From the IMG/VR virus record IMGVR_UViG_3300042302_000394, positions 1 through 64,000 of that record: DNA of 64,000 bases. One strand, written 5' to 3'. How positions within the stretch are numbered: position 1 is the stretch's first letter; every line of letters starts with the position of its first letter. Below, one piece after another: positions 21,798 through 32,062 of this stretch. The position numbers were made by a program, and so were the translations under genes. The notes beneath the pieces were generated by a model. The model did no database searches and was not told the origin of the DNA. It was given only the letters and a program-made list of their open reading frames with translations.

Positions 21798-22553
21798 TTG
21801 CCTAGAGCCAAAAGAAGAGAAAGGGATTTTTCTATGGAAAAAGACCCTAGATTCCAAAAGAGCGCCGAGAGTAACTTGATTCCCATCAAGCAATACTTGA
21901 AGCGAAACCAGCAAGTCAATATAGTTCCACGGAACTTGTCTCAAGAGCAGTACTTAGAACTGCTTAAAAATCCTAAAAAATGTATAGTATTTGCCATCGG
22001 ACCTGCGGGTACGGGTAAAACTATGCTGGCCGTGAAAATGGCTATTAAACTGTTCAAAGAGGGCATGGTTAAAAAGATCGTGGTTACTCGACCAGCAGTT
22101 AGTGTGGATGAAGAGCACGGGTTCTTGCCGGGAGACCTAAACGCTAAAATGGCGCCATGGACTCGACCTATATTCGATGTCTTCGAAGAATACTACCACC
22201 CGCGAGAAATTGCGAGTATGCTAGAAGATGGTTCAATAGAGATTAGTCCGTTGGCATATATGCGAGGCAGAACATTTAAAAACGCCTTCATCGTTGCCGA
22301 CGAAATGCAAAATGCCACACCATCACAGATGAAGATGCTGTTGACACGCATCGGAGATAACAGCCGAATGGTTGTTACAGGAGATTTAAATCAGGCTGAC
22401 AGACCCAGAGAAAATGGGTTGCTAGAATTCTGCAATTTATACGGCCAAGGAGGTGATTATCGTATGATTGCTATGGCGGAGTTTGGTATACAAGACATCG
22501 AACGTCACCCTGTTGTTAAGGAAGTCTTGCGTATTTACAAAGAAGAAGATTAA
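21798..22553 (+). CDS. phoH: PhoH-family ATPase (likely TTG start 21798)
   Basis: GPAGTGKT, GFLPGD, YMRGRTF, DEMQN, GDLNQAD, RHP motifs; AGGAGGT SD at 21787-93. Confidence 0.95.
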   Translation: MPRAKRRERDFSMEKDPRFQKSAESNLIPIKQYLKRNQQVNIVPRNLSQEQYLELLKNPKKCIVFAIGPAGTGKTMLAVKMAIKLFKEGMVKKIVVTRPAVSVDEEHGFLPGDLNAKMAPWTRPIFDVFEEYYHPREIASMLEDGSIEISPLAYMRGRTFKNAFIVADEMQNATPSQMKMLLTRIGDNSRMVVTGDLNQADRPRENGLLEFCNLYGQGGDYRMIAMAEFGIQDIERHPVVKEVLRIYKEED

Positions 22554-22558
22554 GAGGG

Positions 22559-22602
22559 TAAACCGGGCGGCAGATCAACCTGCTCCACCTCCGCCCGGTT
22601 TA
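22559..22602. terminator. Bidirectional hairpin between convergent phoH and clamp-loader genes
   Basis: TAAACCGGGCGG / CCGCCCGGTTTA 12-bp inverted repeat. Confidence 0.75.
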
Positions 22603-22603
22603 A

Positions 22604-23527
22604 TTACTGAAGTCTTGCCAGTTTAACCAGCGTAGCCGCTAAGTTGATTTCTGCATCTGCAATCAACGTGTGATCAACTAGACCTTGTTTAATGACCAGT
22701 AGAGCCTGGTCTTTCTTTTCATCACTATCGCCAAACAGTTCGAGATTGTCATACATCCAGCGATAGATGTCTTCCATCTCTTCAGGACGGGCTTTACCAC
22801 AGAGCAATTTTCGTGCATCTTGGATTTTACCTTTCTTAAACAATTCGACCATAGCAATCTTATAGTCAGCCCCACCGCTATCACCTGTAGTGGGTGCAGC
22901 TAACACATTATCTTCTGTTACATTTTGTTGTACTAGGTTAATACACTTACGAAGATCTGGGTAAGCAGTTTTAACATAGGTGTCAAGTGTGTCAAGATCA
23001 AAGTCAATATTCTCAGTTACTAAGATTGTAGCGACCCGAGCAGTGAATTCCGTTTGGTCGGTCTTCTCCACATGAAAACCCTGGCAACGACTATGCAGTG
23101 CAGGAATAATTTTATTCTTATAGTTGCAAGTTAAAATAAATCTTGCTGTATTAGAATAAGTTTCCATTAGCCCTCGCAAAATAGCCTGTGCGTTAATGGA
23201 CAAATAATCAGCTTCGTCTAATAGCACAACCTTAAACGGACCAAATGGGATCATTTGTACGAAGTTTGTAATCTTATGGCGTACATTGTCGACATCGTTA
23301 TCTCGACTAGCGTTAATTTCCAATACATCAAATTCTTCAATACCTAGCTCGTTTAATAGAACTTTTGCCAATGTAGTCTTACCAATACCAGCTGCACCAC
23401 TTAGCAACAAGTGCGGAATGCTACCCTCCTTGATCCATGACTCAACCTGCCGCTTTTGTGAAGCATCTCGAAATACATAGTCTTCAACCTTTTTAGGTCG
23501 GTACTTTTCTACCCATAGTTCTTTCAT
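22604..23527 (-). CDS. Clamp loader small subunit (RFC / T4 gp44-like AAA+)
   Basis: LWVEKYRP, GAAGIGKT, INAS, LDEAD, SRC motifs. Confidence 0.93.
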   Translation of the reverse strand: MKELWVEKYRPKKVEDYVFRDASQKRQVESWIKEGSIPHLLLSGAAGIGKTTLAKVLLNELGIEEFDVLEINASRDNDVDNVRHKITNFVQMIPFGPFKVVLLDEADYLSINAQAILRGLMETYSNTARFILTCNYKNKIIPALHSRCQGFHVEKTDQTEFTARVATILVTENIDFDLDTLDTYVKTAYPDLRKCINLVQQNVTEDNVLAAPTTGDSGGADYKIAMVELFKKGKIQDARKLLCGKARPEEMEDIYRWMYDNLELFGDSDEKKDQALLVIKQGLVDHTLIADAEINLAATLVKLARLQ

Positions 23528-23615
23528 TCTTCTTTACCTTTTGCTACAACACACAATGATACTACCAACATGCCTAAATAAAAACCTATAAAAAGTCCAC
23601 CTATAAATGACCAAA

Positions 23616-23783
23616 TCATACCAGTTCCTCAAAAATTCCAAACACTTCTGCTAAAATAATACAAACACCAGCCATTAGCAAATTTCCCTGCATTAACCAG
23701 CAGCCTGCTCCTATGCGAATAACACTCTTTACAAGGCTGACATAAAAATGTCCCTTGCTTGTGTCTTTAGGTTGAATTTCCAC
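23616..23783 (-). CDS. Small membrane protein (55 aa, GTG start)
   Basis: Manual translation MEIQPKDTSKGHFYVSLVKSVIRIG...EELV; below ORF-track cut-off. Confidence 0.55.
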   Translation of the reverse strand: MEIQPKDTSKGHFYVSLVKSVIRIGAGCWLMQGNLLMAGVCIILAEVFGIFEELV

Positions 23784-23925
23784 GGCGAAACCATCCTTTA
23801 ATTGTTTGAAAGAGATTATAAAATCTAAAATGATAATTAGTCAGTATCGGTGGATGGTTAGGACACCTGCCTTGATTATAGTCGCATGAAGAACTATATT
23901 CTTTTTTACATAGATCACACTTCAT
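23767..23925 (-). CDS. Small Cys/His-rich putative Zn-binding protein (52 aa)
   Basis: Manual translation MKCDLCKKEYSSSCDYNQGRCPNHPP... Confidence 0.5.
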   Translation of the reverse strand: MKCDLCKKEYSSSCDYNQGRCPNHPPILTNYHFRFYNLFQTIKGWFRRGNST

Positions 23926-24118
23926 TAATTAAATCCTTTAGTGCAGAAAAAGTTTTGTCGTCCATGCACATATCAAATCGAGTACGTTCACTGTTTGGAT
24001 CTTTGGCACCATCAAAGAAAGTTGATACTCGTAAGTATTTTGTTCCAGTTGGCATGTCGATGTCTCTAATCTCAACATAGGTCTTCATTCCACCTGTATC
24101 GCTAATTAATCGTTTCAT
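23915..24118 (-). CDS. Hypothetical protein
   Basis: Coupled ORF in operon. Confidence 0.55.
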   Translation of the reverse strand: MKRLISDTGGMKTYVEIRDIDMPTGTKYLRVSTFFDGAKDPNSERTRFDMCMDDKTFSALKDLINEV

Positions 24119-24522
24119 CGTAGTGCCTCCATTGTGATAATTTTGTCAATCTCTTTGCCAAAGTCTGCATCGTTGGTAATGACATACAGACCGTTTGAAC
24201 TACGATCAGTCTTTTTATCATAACGGCGTGTTTCTACAACACGACCACCGTTGGCGACATAAACTGTAAAGTGCAAGGCACGTTCTGGTTGATCAATGCT
24301 AGCAGGCCCGGCACTGATTGCCATTGACCTAGAAAGTCTATTCACTGAAACTGCTGAGTCTTTTTCTTGATTTTGTCGCTTCTCCCATTCGGCACCTTCC
24401 ATTAGTTTCTTAAGAAACCAACGTGCTAACACTCCCGGACGTTTAACTTTCTTTTGAACGTCCGGTCTAAAATCTGATTCTTCTGCGTATTTTTCTGACG
24501 CTGTTACTGCATATCCATTCAT
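24115..24522 (-). CDS. Hypothetical protein
   Basis: Coupled ORF (ATGA overlaps). Confidence 0.6.
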   Translation of the reverse strand: MNGYAVTASEKYAEESDFRPDVQKKVKRPGVLARWFLKKLMEGAEWEKRQNQEKDSAVSVNRLSRSMAISAGPASIDQPERALHFTVYVANGGRVVETRRYDKKTDRSSNGLYVITNDADFGKEIDKIITMEALR

Positions 24523-24983
24523 TGCTTATTCCTTTCTGCTTCTGCTACACGTTTACGCAGGCTTGAACTACTAAAAGAATGATCTCGTCCGTTGTACACA
24601 ATTTCAATTCCGCGCTTCATACAAATTTCTTTACCTGTAAACTCTTTGTCTGCATACTCTACACCTAATATTCTAACATCTACTGGCAGAATAAGCAATA
24701 GGTCTTCAAGGTCTTTTTCTGTTTGATAGACAACAACTTCATCCACATTGCGATTTGTACTGACCTGTATTTGTCGTTCTACAATAGTTTGTATAGGTGG
24801 ATTCTTTGTGTCTGGTCGATCAATAGTTGGATCAGTTTGCAGTGCAGCAATTAGATAATCACAATGATTCTTTGCTTCTGCCAACATGGCAACATGCCCT
24901 GCATGGAATAGATCAAAACTGCTGAATACAATTCCTACCTTTAATCCATCTTCTTTTAGTTGTTTTATTTTATTGAATATCAT
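24519..24983 (-). CDS. TagD-like (glycerol-3-phosphate) cytidylyltransferase
   Basis: SFDLFHAGH (HIGH) motif, ERQIQ, FSSSSLR. Confidence 0.88.
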   Translation of the reverse strand: MIFNKIKQLKEDGLKVGIVFSSFDLFHAGHVAMLAEAKNHCDYLIAALQTDPTIDRPDTKNPPIQTIVERQIQVSTNRNVDEVVVYQTEKDLEDLLLILPVDVRILGVEYADKEFTGKEICMKRGIEIVYNGRDHSFSSSSLRKRVAEAERNKQ

Positions 24984-25218
24984 CTTTAAGATAACTTATA
25001 ATTTTTTTCTGTTCTTGTTCATTGAGCCACTCTGCTTCAGTGCTTCCAAAGTTGGGACACATTTTCATCATGTCGTCTAAGAACCATTTTAACTGATATA
25101 GATCCTGTTTAACACCCCAAGCAATGAATCCGTCGTTGCGAGCGTTAGAGCATTCTGAAACTGCTGCTCTAACCTGTTGGAATGTTTCTATAATATTGTA
25201 TGAATGTTTGTGGCCCAT
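24970..25218 (-). CDS. Hypothetical protein (likely leaderless start MGHKHS at 25218)
   Basis: ATG 6 nt after a -10 box; the ORF-track extension runs through a terminator. Confidence 0.6.
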   Translation of the reverse strand: MGHKHSYNIIETFQQVRAAVSECSNARNDGFIAWGVKQDLYQLKWFLDDMMKMCPNFGSTEAEWLNEQEQKKIISYLKDDIQ

Positions 25219-25224
25219 ATAGAT

Positions 25225-25260
25225 AGTATAGAGGTAAAAAAAGGGCCCGTCAAGACCCTT
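25225..25260 (-). terminator. Intrinsic terminator whose loop is the -35 box of the next promoter
   Basis: AAGGGTC-TTGACG-GGCCCTT-TTTTT; TTGACG, 17 nt, TATACT (25225-30). Confidence 0.75.
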
Positions 25261-25276
25261 ATTCCCCAATATCTTG

Positions 25277-25657
25277 TTAGATTCCCGGGATATTAAAGTT
25301 TACATTCGAACCTGCTCCGATAGTTTTTCGAATATCTACATCGTCTGGTCTTTCTTCTGCACTCATCAAAATAGCAGTATTATCTACTCGGCGTAGCTCA
25401 ATAATGTTTCCATCTTCTTGTTCTACTTCAAAAGTTCGCGTCCATCTACCATGTTCGACACATATCCAGTCCCCTACAGATACTTCGTTCTGCTCTGGAC
25501 CAATGGCCCATACCCGGCCCCATCTCGGCTTAACGCCTCGAGACTTTCCATTGTCTGATTGAATTACAATACCCGATGCAGTTTTTTGTACACCGAAATC
25601 CATATCAGAAACAATTACGTGATCTCTGATTGGGCGAATTTTGCCTTTAGTTACCAT
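25277..25657 (-). CDS. groES: GroES/Cpn10-like co-chaperonin
   Basis: IRPIRDHVIV, TASGIVI mobile loop, GRVWAIGP, VGD. Confidence 0.85.
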   Translation of the reverse strand: MVTKGKIRPIRDHVIVSDMDFGVQKTASGIVIQSDNGKSRGVKPRWGRVWAIGPEQNEVSVGDWICVEHGRWTRTFEVEQEDGNIIELRRVDNTAILMSAEERPDDVDIRKTIGAGSNVNFNIPGI

Positions 25658-25927
25658 TTATTCTCCAGTAGTTTTTGTTTTATTAGATGCAACAATACCT
25701 GATTGTGCTTGTTTAACTTTAGAAGATTCTGGAATTGCTTTAGGGTTGTTTTCATAATACTCAGCAATAACTTCTTCGCGTTTGCGAACAATTTTTCCAC
25801 CTGGGCCTAATTCGTCCCCTCTTGCATTTACTCTTGCGTTGCCGATAGCAGGCATAAGTTCATTTTGCGTCATGAGCTTATCCATGTCTACTTCTTTACC
25901 CTGCATTGTTTTATACACTCTTCCCAT
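25658..25927 (-). CDS. Hypothetical phage protein
   Basis: VNARGDELGPGG motif; strong SD. Confidence 0.65.
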   Translation of the reverse strand: MGRVYKTMQGKEVDMDKLMTQNELMPAIGNARVNARGDELGPGGKIVRKREEVIAEYYENNPKAIPESSKVKQAQSGIVASNKTKTTGE

Positions 25928-25937
25928 ATCTATCTCC

Positions 25938-26456
25938 TTATTTTAGGAATTCTTTTATATCTAGATCGTATTTAATGCTATCAATTCGGTGAACTCCGAT
26001 AAGATATAACACATAGCTTGCTACACTACTTCCACGACCGACTCCCCACACGATTTTATTCTCTCGCATAGTGTCTACTAAGTATTTAAGGTAGAACAAC
26101 AAATCAAACATGCCATGTTGGATAAAAAGTAGTAGTTCTTGATCTACTCTTGCACGTTGTTGTTCTGTAGTGCATCGATCATACAACCAATCGACTATAG
26201 GAAACTCACTGCATTCTTTGGGCATAAACCAAGTGCATTGATTTGCTTCATCAAAAAATGCCACATCTTCTTGGGGTTGCTGCCACTCTTGTAGTGGAAC
26301 AAGGTTGTCTTTGTTAGTGTCGACAGCAGTATTGAACTGAACTACTGTGTTGCTATCGAGGTAGACGTTTTGTAAACTTTTGAGTTTGCCCGAATACAAG
26401 TGTTCAAATAGTTCACTAGGATCTAGAAAGACGGCACCGTATTCATTGGTATTCAT
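25938..26456 (-). CDS. DNA polymerase III alpha (DnaE)-like fragment (N-terminal half of palm; likely start 26456)
   Basis: RVDQEL...YLVDTMRENKIVWGVGRGSSVASYVLYLIGVHRID...EFLK aligns by eye with DnaE GPGRGSxAGSLVAYxLxITxxDP...ERFL. Confidence 0.85.
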   Translation of the reverse strand: MNTNEYGAVFLDPSELFEHLYSGKLKSLQNVYLDSNTVVQFNTAVDTNKDNLVPLQEWQQPQEDVAFFDEANQCTWFMPKECSEFPIVDWLYDRCTTEQQRARVDQELLLFIQHGMFDLLFYLKYLVDTMRENKIVWGVGRGSSVASYVLYLIGVHRIDSIKYDLDIKEFLK

Positions 26457-26462
26457 ATTAAC

Positions 26463-26492
26463 ATTATACGCACCTACTGCATACAATGTCAA
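26463..26492 (-). promoter_or_regulatory. Sigma70-type promoter; -35 contains the upstream stop codon
   Basis: TTGACA, 18 nt, TATAAT, 6 nt, ATG. Confidence 0.7.
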
Positions 26493-26731
26493 TTATCTAC
26501 GTTAATAAAATCGTCTAAATTCTTATTTTGATTTGCCAACTTTTGATTGGCTTTGATGTGACGGGTAGACTGCTCGGCTTTGTATGCTTCGAGTATTACT
26601 GAAATTTGGTTGCATACTGCGCCCTGTCCGAATCTAGCAGCCAAGAAGTACTTTTTCATTAACTCGGTAATCTTATTGTCGATATCTTCGTTTTTCAACG
26701 TAGACAAATCTGGTAATAACGGATTAAACAT
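26489..26731 (-). CDS. Hypothetical protein (start MFNPLLP at 26731)
   Basis: TAATG coupling to the upstream gene. Confidence 0.6.
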   Translation of the reverse strand: MFNPLLPDLSTLKNEDIDNKITELMKKYFLAARFGQGAVCNQISVILEAYKAEQSTRHIKANQKLANQNKNLDDFINVDN

Positions 26732-27126
26732 TATGATAACGTAACTGAGGTACCAGTAAATGCATACCATGTGCCGCTATGATAATATGCAGGTCTATTG
26801 TATGCTGCGTCTGCAACAAATACCAATGTTCCGTTTTCTACATTTCCGGTATCAGTTAACGCAGATAGCTCGCTTAGACTATAATTTTTTAATACAATTG
26901 AACAATCTACTAAGGTTGCTTTTTTAATTTCATTTCCACCAAAATTATTTGAGCTAGATAGACTTACTAAGTTTACCTGAAGGTTGGAAATTTCTTCTCC
27001 TGTTGTAGACAGTGCTGATTGAATATTAGAAAAGTTAGTTCTAAAACCCTGAGAATCGTTATCAGATCCAGGAACTGGATAGTTGATGTTTATTAAATTG
27101 CTATAATCTGTAATAGTACTTGCCAC
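26731..27126 (-). CDS. Putative tail/baseplate-associated protein
   Basis: YPVPGSDNDSQGFRTNFSNI motif; paralogous to the adjacent gene. Confidence 0.6.
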   Translation of the reverse strand: MASTITDYSNLININYPVPGSDNDSQGFRTNFSNIQSALSTTGEEISNLQVNLVSLSSSNNFGGNEIKKATLVDCSIVLKNYSLSELSALTDTGNVENGTLVFVADAAYNRPAYYHSGTWYAFTGTSVTLS

Positions 27127-27138
27127 AATTAACTCCTG

Positions 27139-27396
27139 TTAAGATGAAGTGTAACTTTTTAATACAATGCTACAATTCACAATAGTTGCATTAGTGACGG
27201 TGTTATCGTTAAAGTTATTATTATCAGTTAAGAACACTCCGTTTGTTTTTAATGCATTAATTTCTCTATTAGCAATTTCTATGGAAGTTTTGATATTAGA
27301 AAAATTATCACGGAATTTTTGAAGGTCGTTGTCTGCACCCTGTACAGGGAAATTAATGTCAATTAAATTACTATAATTTGTGATAGTGCTAGTCAA
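27139..27396 (-). CDS. Shorter tandem paralog of 26731-27126 (TTG start)
   Basis: STITNYSNLIDINFPV.GADND...FRDNFSNI...CSIVLK shared; GGAG SD; TATAAATA upstream. Confidence 0.6.
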   Translation of the reverse strand: MTSTITNYSNLIDINFPVQGADNDLQKFRDNFSNIKTSIEIANREINALKTNGVFLTDNNNFNDNTVTNATIVNCSIVLKSYTSS

Positions 27397-27433
27397 GATT
27401 CAACTCCAGTGATGCTATATTTATAGACAAAAC

Positions 27434-30400
27434 TCACTTGAGTTTATTTTTAAGTTCTTTAACTTCTTTAGATAATTCTTTAACAGCTTCAATTAAAAGT
27501 GGCACTAGTTTTTCATACTTGACAGCTAGATATCCGTTGGTTCTTGTAGCAACAATTTCTGGTAAAATTGCTTCAATTTCTTGAGCAATAACACCTATGT
27601 CGTGTTTTCTTACAAAGAAATCATCTTCTCCACCACGACTTTCAATATATGAATCTGTCCAGTCAAAGCGTACACCCCTAATTTGTTCAAGCATTTCGAG
27701 AGGGTTGCTTAATGATTGTACATTTTCTTTTAGTCTAGCATCAGATGAGTAGTAAGCAGTGATTTCGTTTTCTGCCCTGATTTCACCAACTGCCCCGCTG
27801 TACCAACCACTTCCTACTGACAGTGTAGTAACAGTAATTGTACTTTGATATGCTGGTGCCGCCGCACCTCGACTTACTGCAATTTGACCTATAGAGCCCG
27901 GACCGTAGAAAGCAGTTGTATCAGGAGCTGATTGATAAGGAACTTGACCAGCAGTACCACCTGCTAAGTTTGTAGAATTACCTACAGTAACTGTGCTAGG
28001 TGCTTGCCATGTAGCAGTGCTCGAACCCGCAGTTAACACATATCCGTTAACACCTATTGGAATAAATGCTGTTCTTCCAGGACCGCTTTGGATAGGAATG
28101 CTGCCAGCGGTACCACCTGCTAGGTTAGTTGCAGTTGTAGAATTACCTACAGTAACTGTGCTAGGTGCTTGCCATGTAGCAGTCGTTGCTCCGGCTGTTA
28201 ATACATGTCCAGCTGTTCCTAGAGTAATAAATGCAGTACGTCCCGGTGCGCTTTGAATAGGCATTGCACCTTGTGAACCACCTGCTAGATGAGTAGCAGT
28301 GGTTGCATTGCCCGCTGTTAAATCAGTTACCTGACTCCATTGTGGTGCTGTACCTCCTGAATTAACAGTTAGTATATAACCTGCAGAGCCGATGCCTAAG
28401 AAAGTTGTAGTACCTGCACCAGTTTGGTATACAATAGAACCTGCTAATCCACCACCAACATTGTCAGTGATTGCAGATCTTCCTACATATAAAGATGAAG
28501 TTGATATAAAGGACGGACCTGTTGCACTAGCACCGTTGCTTACTAAAACTTGTCCTGCTATACCCGGGCCTACAAAACTAGTAACACCTGATGTAGTTTG
28601 GAATGGTAACTGTCCAGTAGTACCGTTTTTCAAGTTTGTAGCAGTAGTTGCTTCGCCCGCTGCAACTCCTGCTAGTGTTTCCCAGCGAGGACCACTAGCA
28701 CCAGCGACCAGTACATAACCTAATGCGCCCAGTGATAAAAATACTGTACTGTTGGCAGCATTTTGATAAGGAAGTGATCCAGCACTACCACCTACTAGGT
28801 CGTCTGCTAAAGTTGATCGTCCAACATATATACTACTTGTGTTAGTAAACACCGGACCAGTTGATGTGGTTCCTGCACTCACTAGCAGTTGTCCTGCTGT
28901 TCCTGGGCCAAAGAAACTAGTCAATCCAGGGCTAGTTTGGAATGGAACTTGTCCTGTAGTACCGTTCTTCAAGTTAGTTGCAGTGGTTGCTTCACCTGTA
29001 GCAATACCACTTAGTGATGCCCATTGAGGTGCAGTTGCACCTGCGGTTAACACATAACCGTTAGTGCCTAGAGGTAAAAATACTGTGCTGTTAGCACCAT
29101 CTTGATAGACTAAACCACCTGCACCACCACCGACGATGTCATCTGCTAGTACCGCTCTACCTACGTAGATGTTTGATGTGGAAACAAATTTAGGACCAGT
29201 TGCACTTGCACCGTCACTGGTTAATATTTCACCCGCTGTACCTGGACCAAAGAAACTAGTGTTATGAGGTGCTGTCTGGAATGGAACTTGTCCCGTAGTA
29301 CCGTTCCTTAAATTAGTAGACGAATTAGCACTTGATATAGATCCAGAAACAGTTGCGTATAATGTTCCGCCTACATACAAATCTCCACCAATACCTGCAC
29401 CACCTCCGACAATCAATGCACCGGTATTAGTTGATGTTGCATTTGTAGCATTGTTAGTTTGTATAATATCATCTGTGACTATTAACGTTGTTGTAACAGT
29501 TGTTAATTGAATTGTTAATTTTTGAGCAACAATTTCACCACCAACATACAAATCGCCACCGATACCGACACCCCCTACAACTCTTAGAGCACCGGTTTGC
29601 GTAGAAGTTGCAATAGTTGTGTTGGTTATAGTTGACGCAGGTGTAGTTAGTATACCGTTGTTTGTATTAAACACGAGGTTACCACTTGCACCTAATGTTG
29701 CATAAGCACTAGCACCGGCAACCATTGTCAAGTATCTTAACGGAGTTGCTTCGCTGGTGCCCAAGCTGGTAACGTATGTTTTTTCACTTTCAGCAGATTT
29801 ACCTACAGATATTGTAGTTGTTGAAACAAAACTTGCAGTATTTGTCTGAGCTTGTAGTAAACTTCCTGCTGCACCGGCTGATATAAATGTAGTAACACTG
29901 GTTGCAGATTGAATAGGGATCTCGCCTGCTGCACCGTTGTTTATGTTATTTGTGTCTGTAGGGCCAGATGGACCAGATGGACCAGATGGCCCAGTAACAC
30001 CTTGCGGTCCTTGCGGACCGGGAGGTCCTGAAGGTCCTTGAACGCCTTGCGGTCCTTGTGGACCTGTAGCACCCCTAGGTCCTTGAACGCCTTGCGGTCC
30101 TTGTGGACCTTGCGGACCAGTAACGCCCTGTGGTCCTTGAACTCCTTGTGGTCCCTGCGGGCCTTGAACGCCTTGTGGTCCTTGGGGTCCCTGAACTCCC
30201 TGTGGTCCTTGTGGACCTGTAACACCTTGTGGTCCCTGTGGACCAGTGGCACCTATTTGATTTCCTAACCAAGTTCTAACTCTTGCTGGTTCGAGTTGTT
30301 GCTCAACACCGTCGTGCGCTACAATGAATACCGTTTGGTAATCAGTAGGATTCGTTAAGTTAGTCGATAAGACTTCAGAAAGAGATGCTCTAATAGACAT
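27434..30400 (-). CDS. Long tail fibre with collagen segment, ~55-aa NLxxGxxGxxPxQ repeats and C-terminal intramolecular chaperone (peptidase S74)
   Basis: [10 protein letters not shown]...[13 protein letters not shown]...[15 protein letters not shown]. Confidence 0.85.
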   Translation of the reverse strand: MSIRASLSEVLSTNLTNPTDYQTVFIVAHDGVEQQLEPARVRTWLGNQIGATGPQGPQGVTGPQGPQGVQGPQGPQGVQGPQGPQGVQGPQGVTGPQGPQGPQGVQGPRGATGPQGPQGVQGPSGPPGPQGPQGVTGPSGPSGPSGPTDTNNINNGAAGEIPIQSATSVTTFISAGAAGSLLQAQTNTASFVSTTTISVGKSAESEKTYVTSLGTSEATPLRYLTMVAGASAYATLGASGNLVFNTNNGILTTPASTITNTTIATSTQTGALRVVGGVGIGGDLYVGGEIVAQKLTIQLTTVTTTLIVTDDIIQTNNATNATSTNTGALIVGGGAGIGGDLYVGGTLYATVSGSISSANSSTNLRNGTTGQVPFQTAPHNTSFFGPGTAGEILTSDGASATGPKFVSTSNIYVGRAVLADDIVGGGAGGLVYQDGANSTVFLPLGTNGYVLTAGATAPQWASLSGIATGEATTATNLKNGTTGQVPFQTSPGLTSFFGPGTAGQLLVSAGTTSTGPVFTNTSSIYVGRSTLADDLVGGSAGSLPYQNAANSTVFLSLGALGYVLVAGASGPRWETLAGVAAGEATTATNLKNGTTGQLPFQTTSGVTSFVGPGIAGQVLVSNGASATGPSFISTSSLYVGRSAITDNVGGGLAGSIVYQTGAGTTTFLGIGSAGYILTVNSGGTAPQWSQVTDLTAGNATTATHLAGGSQGAMPIQSAPGRTAFITLGTAGHVLTAGATTATWQAPSTVTVGNSTTATNLAGGTAGSIPIQSGPGRTAFIPIGVNGYVLTAGSSTATWQAPSTVTVGNSTNLAGGTAGQVPYQSAPDTTAFYGPGSIGQIAVSRGAAAPAYQSTITVTTLSVGSGWYSGAVGEIRAENEITAYYSSDARLKENVQSLSNPLEMLEQIRGVRFDWTDSYIESRGGEDDFFVRKHDIGVIAQEIEAILPEIVATRTNGYLAVKYEKLVPLLIEAVKELSKEVKELKNKLK
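29960..30254 (-). repeat. Collagen-like GPQ/GVQ/GPS repeats
   Basis: Near-tandem 9- and 27-nt repeats. Confidence 0.9.
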
Positions 30401-30483
30401 GTGTAGTATCAGTACCCGATTTAATATGTTATTTATTATCTTTCAATAACAATAACATTGCGGTTGTTTGCTATTAAATCCTC

Positions 30484-32031
30484 TTAAACCCAGGATTGAA
30501 TGTTGGAACCTGTAGTTCCTACTCTAATCCATGTATCAGTTGCTACACAAACGTAAAGAAAATTTGTGTCATAAGATACAAGCCCAGAAAAACCTGACGA
30601 GTTAGGAAGTTTTGATCCTGTTCCAACTGCTACAGTGCCTGGTGGTCCCGACGGACCTGATGCTCCAGTGGGTCCAGTAGCTCCACTAGGACCTTGTGGT
30701 CCTGTAGCGCCAGATGGTCCACTAGGTCCTGTAGCGCCTACTCCTGATGGTCCACTAGGACCTGATGGTCCTGTTGGTCCAGTTGGTCCAACAAAGCCAA
30801 TTCCGTTGGCGCCCGATGGGCCTGACGGTCCTGTCGGTCCTGTACTACCTGCGGGACCCTGCGGTCCTGTGGCACCTGCGCCCGATGGCCCAGTCGGACC
30901 TGATGGTCCTGCAACAGCACTTGCTGGACCCGGAGGTCCCGACGGTCCTGTTGCACCTTCTGGTCCTGTTGGACCCGACGGTCCTTGTGGCCCTGTAGCA
31001 CCTGCACCTGTGGGTCCTACGTCACCTGGAATTCCTTGAGCACCTGACGGTCCTTGTGGGCCTTGTGGTCCCGTAGTACCACCGCCGGTGCCGCCTGATA
31101 TTGTAACCCATTCGGTGTCATACTCAGTGTTTGATGCTTTGGCTAGAACTTGTCCAGTAAATCCACCTACTGCTATGCCTGTGCCTGTGCTTCCAGGTGC
31201 GCCTGATGGTCCTGATGGTCCTGATGGGCCTGGCAAACCGGGGCTTCCCGGACTACCTGCAGGGCCTTGTGGTCCAGTAGGCCCTGCACCAGCAGTTGTA
31301 CTAGTGTTGACCCATTTAGTACCGTCGTACTTTAAAAACTCTCCGCTAATAGGACTTGTTAGTGTTACATCAGTTAACGAGCTTAATGCAGTTACTCCCG
31401 GTGTTGCAGAACCTAAATTTACAACTCCGAATGTACCATACATGTCACTACTGTTTTCTGCGGCATAATATAGTGTAGATGGAGCGCCTAACGGTACAGC
31501 AAATGTAATTGTTCCCGTGGCTGTGCCATTATTAGTTACACCACTATTATATGTATTTTCAGTTCCTGTAGTAGCCGCAGTTTTAATCCATAACGGATAC
31601 CCAGCAGCATTAACACTGAAGTTATATGTAAATCCTCTTACAAGGTTTAATGTAGGATCATTGAATCCTTCGATAATATAGTCTAAACTACCGTTGTTAG
31701 TAATAGTATATGTAATTCCAAACCCGCCACCTTCTGGTCCAGTTGGACCAGCGTCACCTTGCGGCCCTTGAGGACCAGAAGGCCCAGTTGGACCAGGTAC
31801 TGTACTAGCATCGCCCTGCGGACCTTGTGGTCCTGTTGCACCTTCTGGTCCTTGTGGTCCAGCGCCACCAGCTACTCCGCCATAGGCAAGAGTAGCCCAG
31901 GTCGAAGTGCCGCTGCCTATTTTAAATTGCCCTGTATCTGTTTCTAGGGCCATTTCTCCTTCGGCCAGGACAGGGTTTGCAGAACTCCATTCTGCAGCGG
32001 TACCTCTTCTAAGTTGAATTTGAACAGCCAT
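30484..32031 (-). CDS. Collagen-repeat fibre protein with Mtd-N-like N-terminus
   Basis: [11 protein letters not shown]...NPVLAEGE; three G-X-Y blocks; C-terminal [15 protein letters not shown]. Confidence 0.8.
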   Translation of the reverse strand: MAVQIQLRRGTAAEWSSANPVLAEGEMALETDTGQFKIGSGTSTWATLAYGGVAGGAGPQGPEGATGPQGPQGDASTVPGPTGPSGPQGPQGDAGPTGPEGGGFGITYTITNNGSLDYIIEGFNDPTLNLVRGFTYNFSVNAAGYPLWIKTAATTGTENTYNSGVTNNGTATGTITFAVPLGAPSTLYYAAENSSDMYGTFGVVNLGSATPGVTALSSLTDVTLTSPISGEFLKYDGTKWVNTSTTAGAGPTGPQGPAGSPGSPGLPGPSGPSGPSGAPGSTGTGIAVGGFTGQVLAKASNTEYDTEWVTISGGTGGGTTGPQGPQGPSGAQGIPGDVGPTGAGATGPQGPSGPTGPEGATGPSGPPGPASAVAGPSGPTGPSGAGATGPQGPAGSTGPTGPSGPSGANGIGFVGPTGPTGPSGPSGPSGVGATGPSGPSGATGPQGPSGATGPTGASGPSGPPGTVAVGTGSKLPNSSGFSGLVSYDTNFLYVCVATDTWIRVGTTGSNIQSWV

Positions 32032-32062
32032 GTTTGTATTCTTTCCGTATTATCAATATTTA

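Noticed and set aside
25658-25940. Frameshift or readthrough joining the DnaE fragment to the next ORF (which has VDMD)
   Set aside because: The next ORF has its own strong SD and no DnaE-like context around DMD; no slippery site evident.
29960-30254. Short periodic repeats resembling a CRISPR or VNTR array
   Set aside because: In-frame Gly-X-Y codons with no unique spacers; no cas genes in the window.
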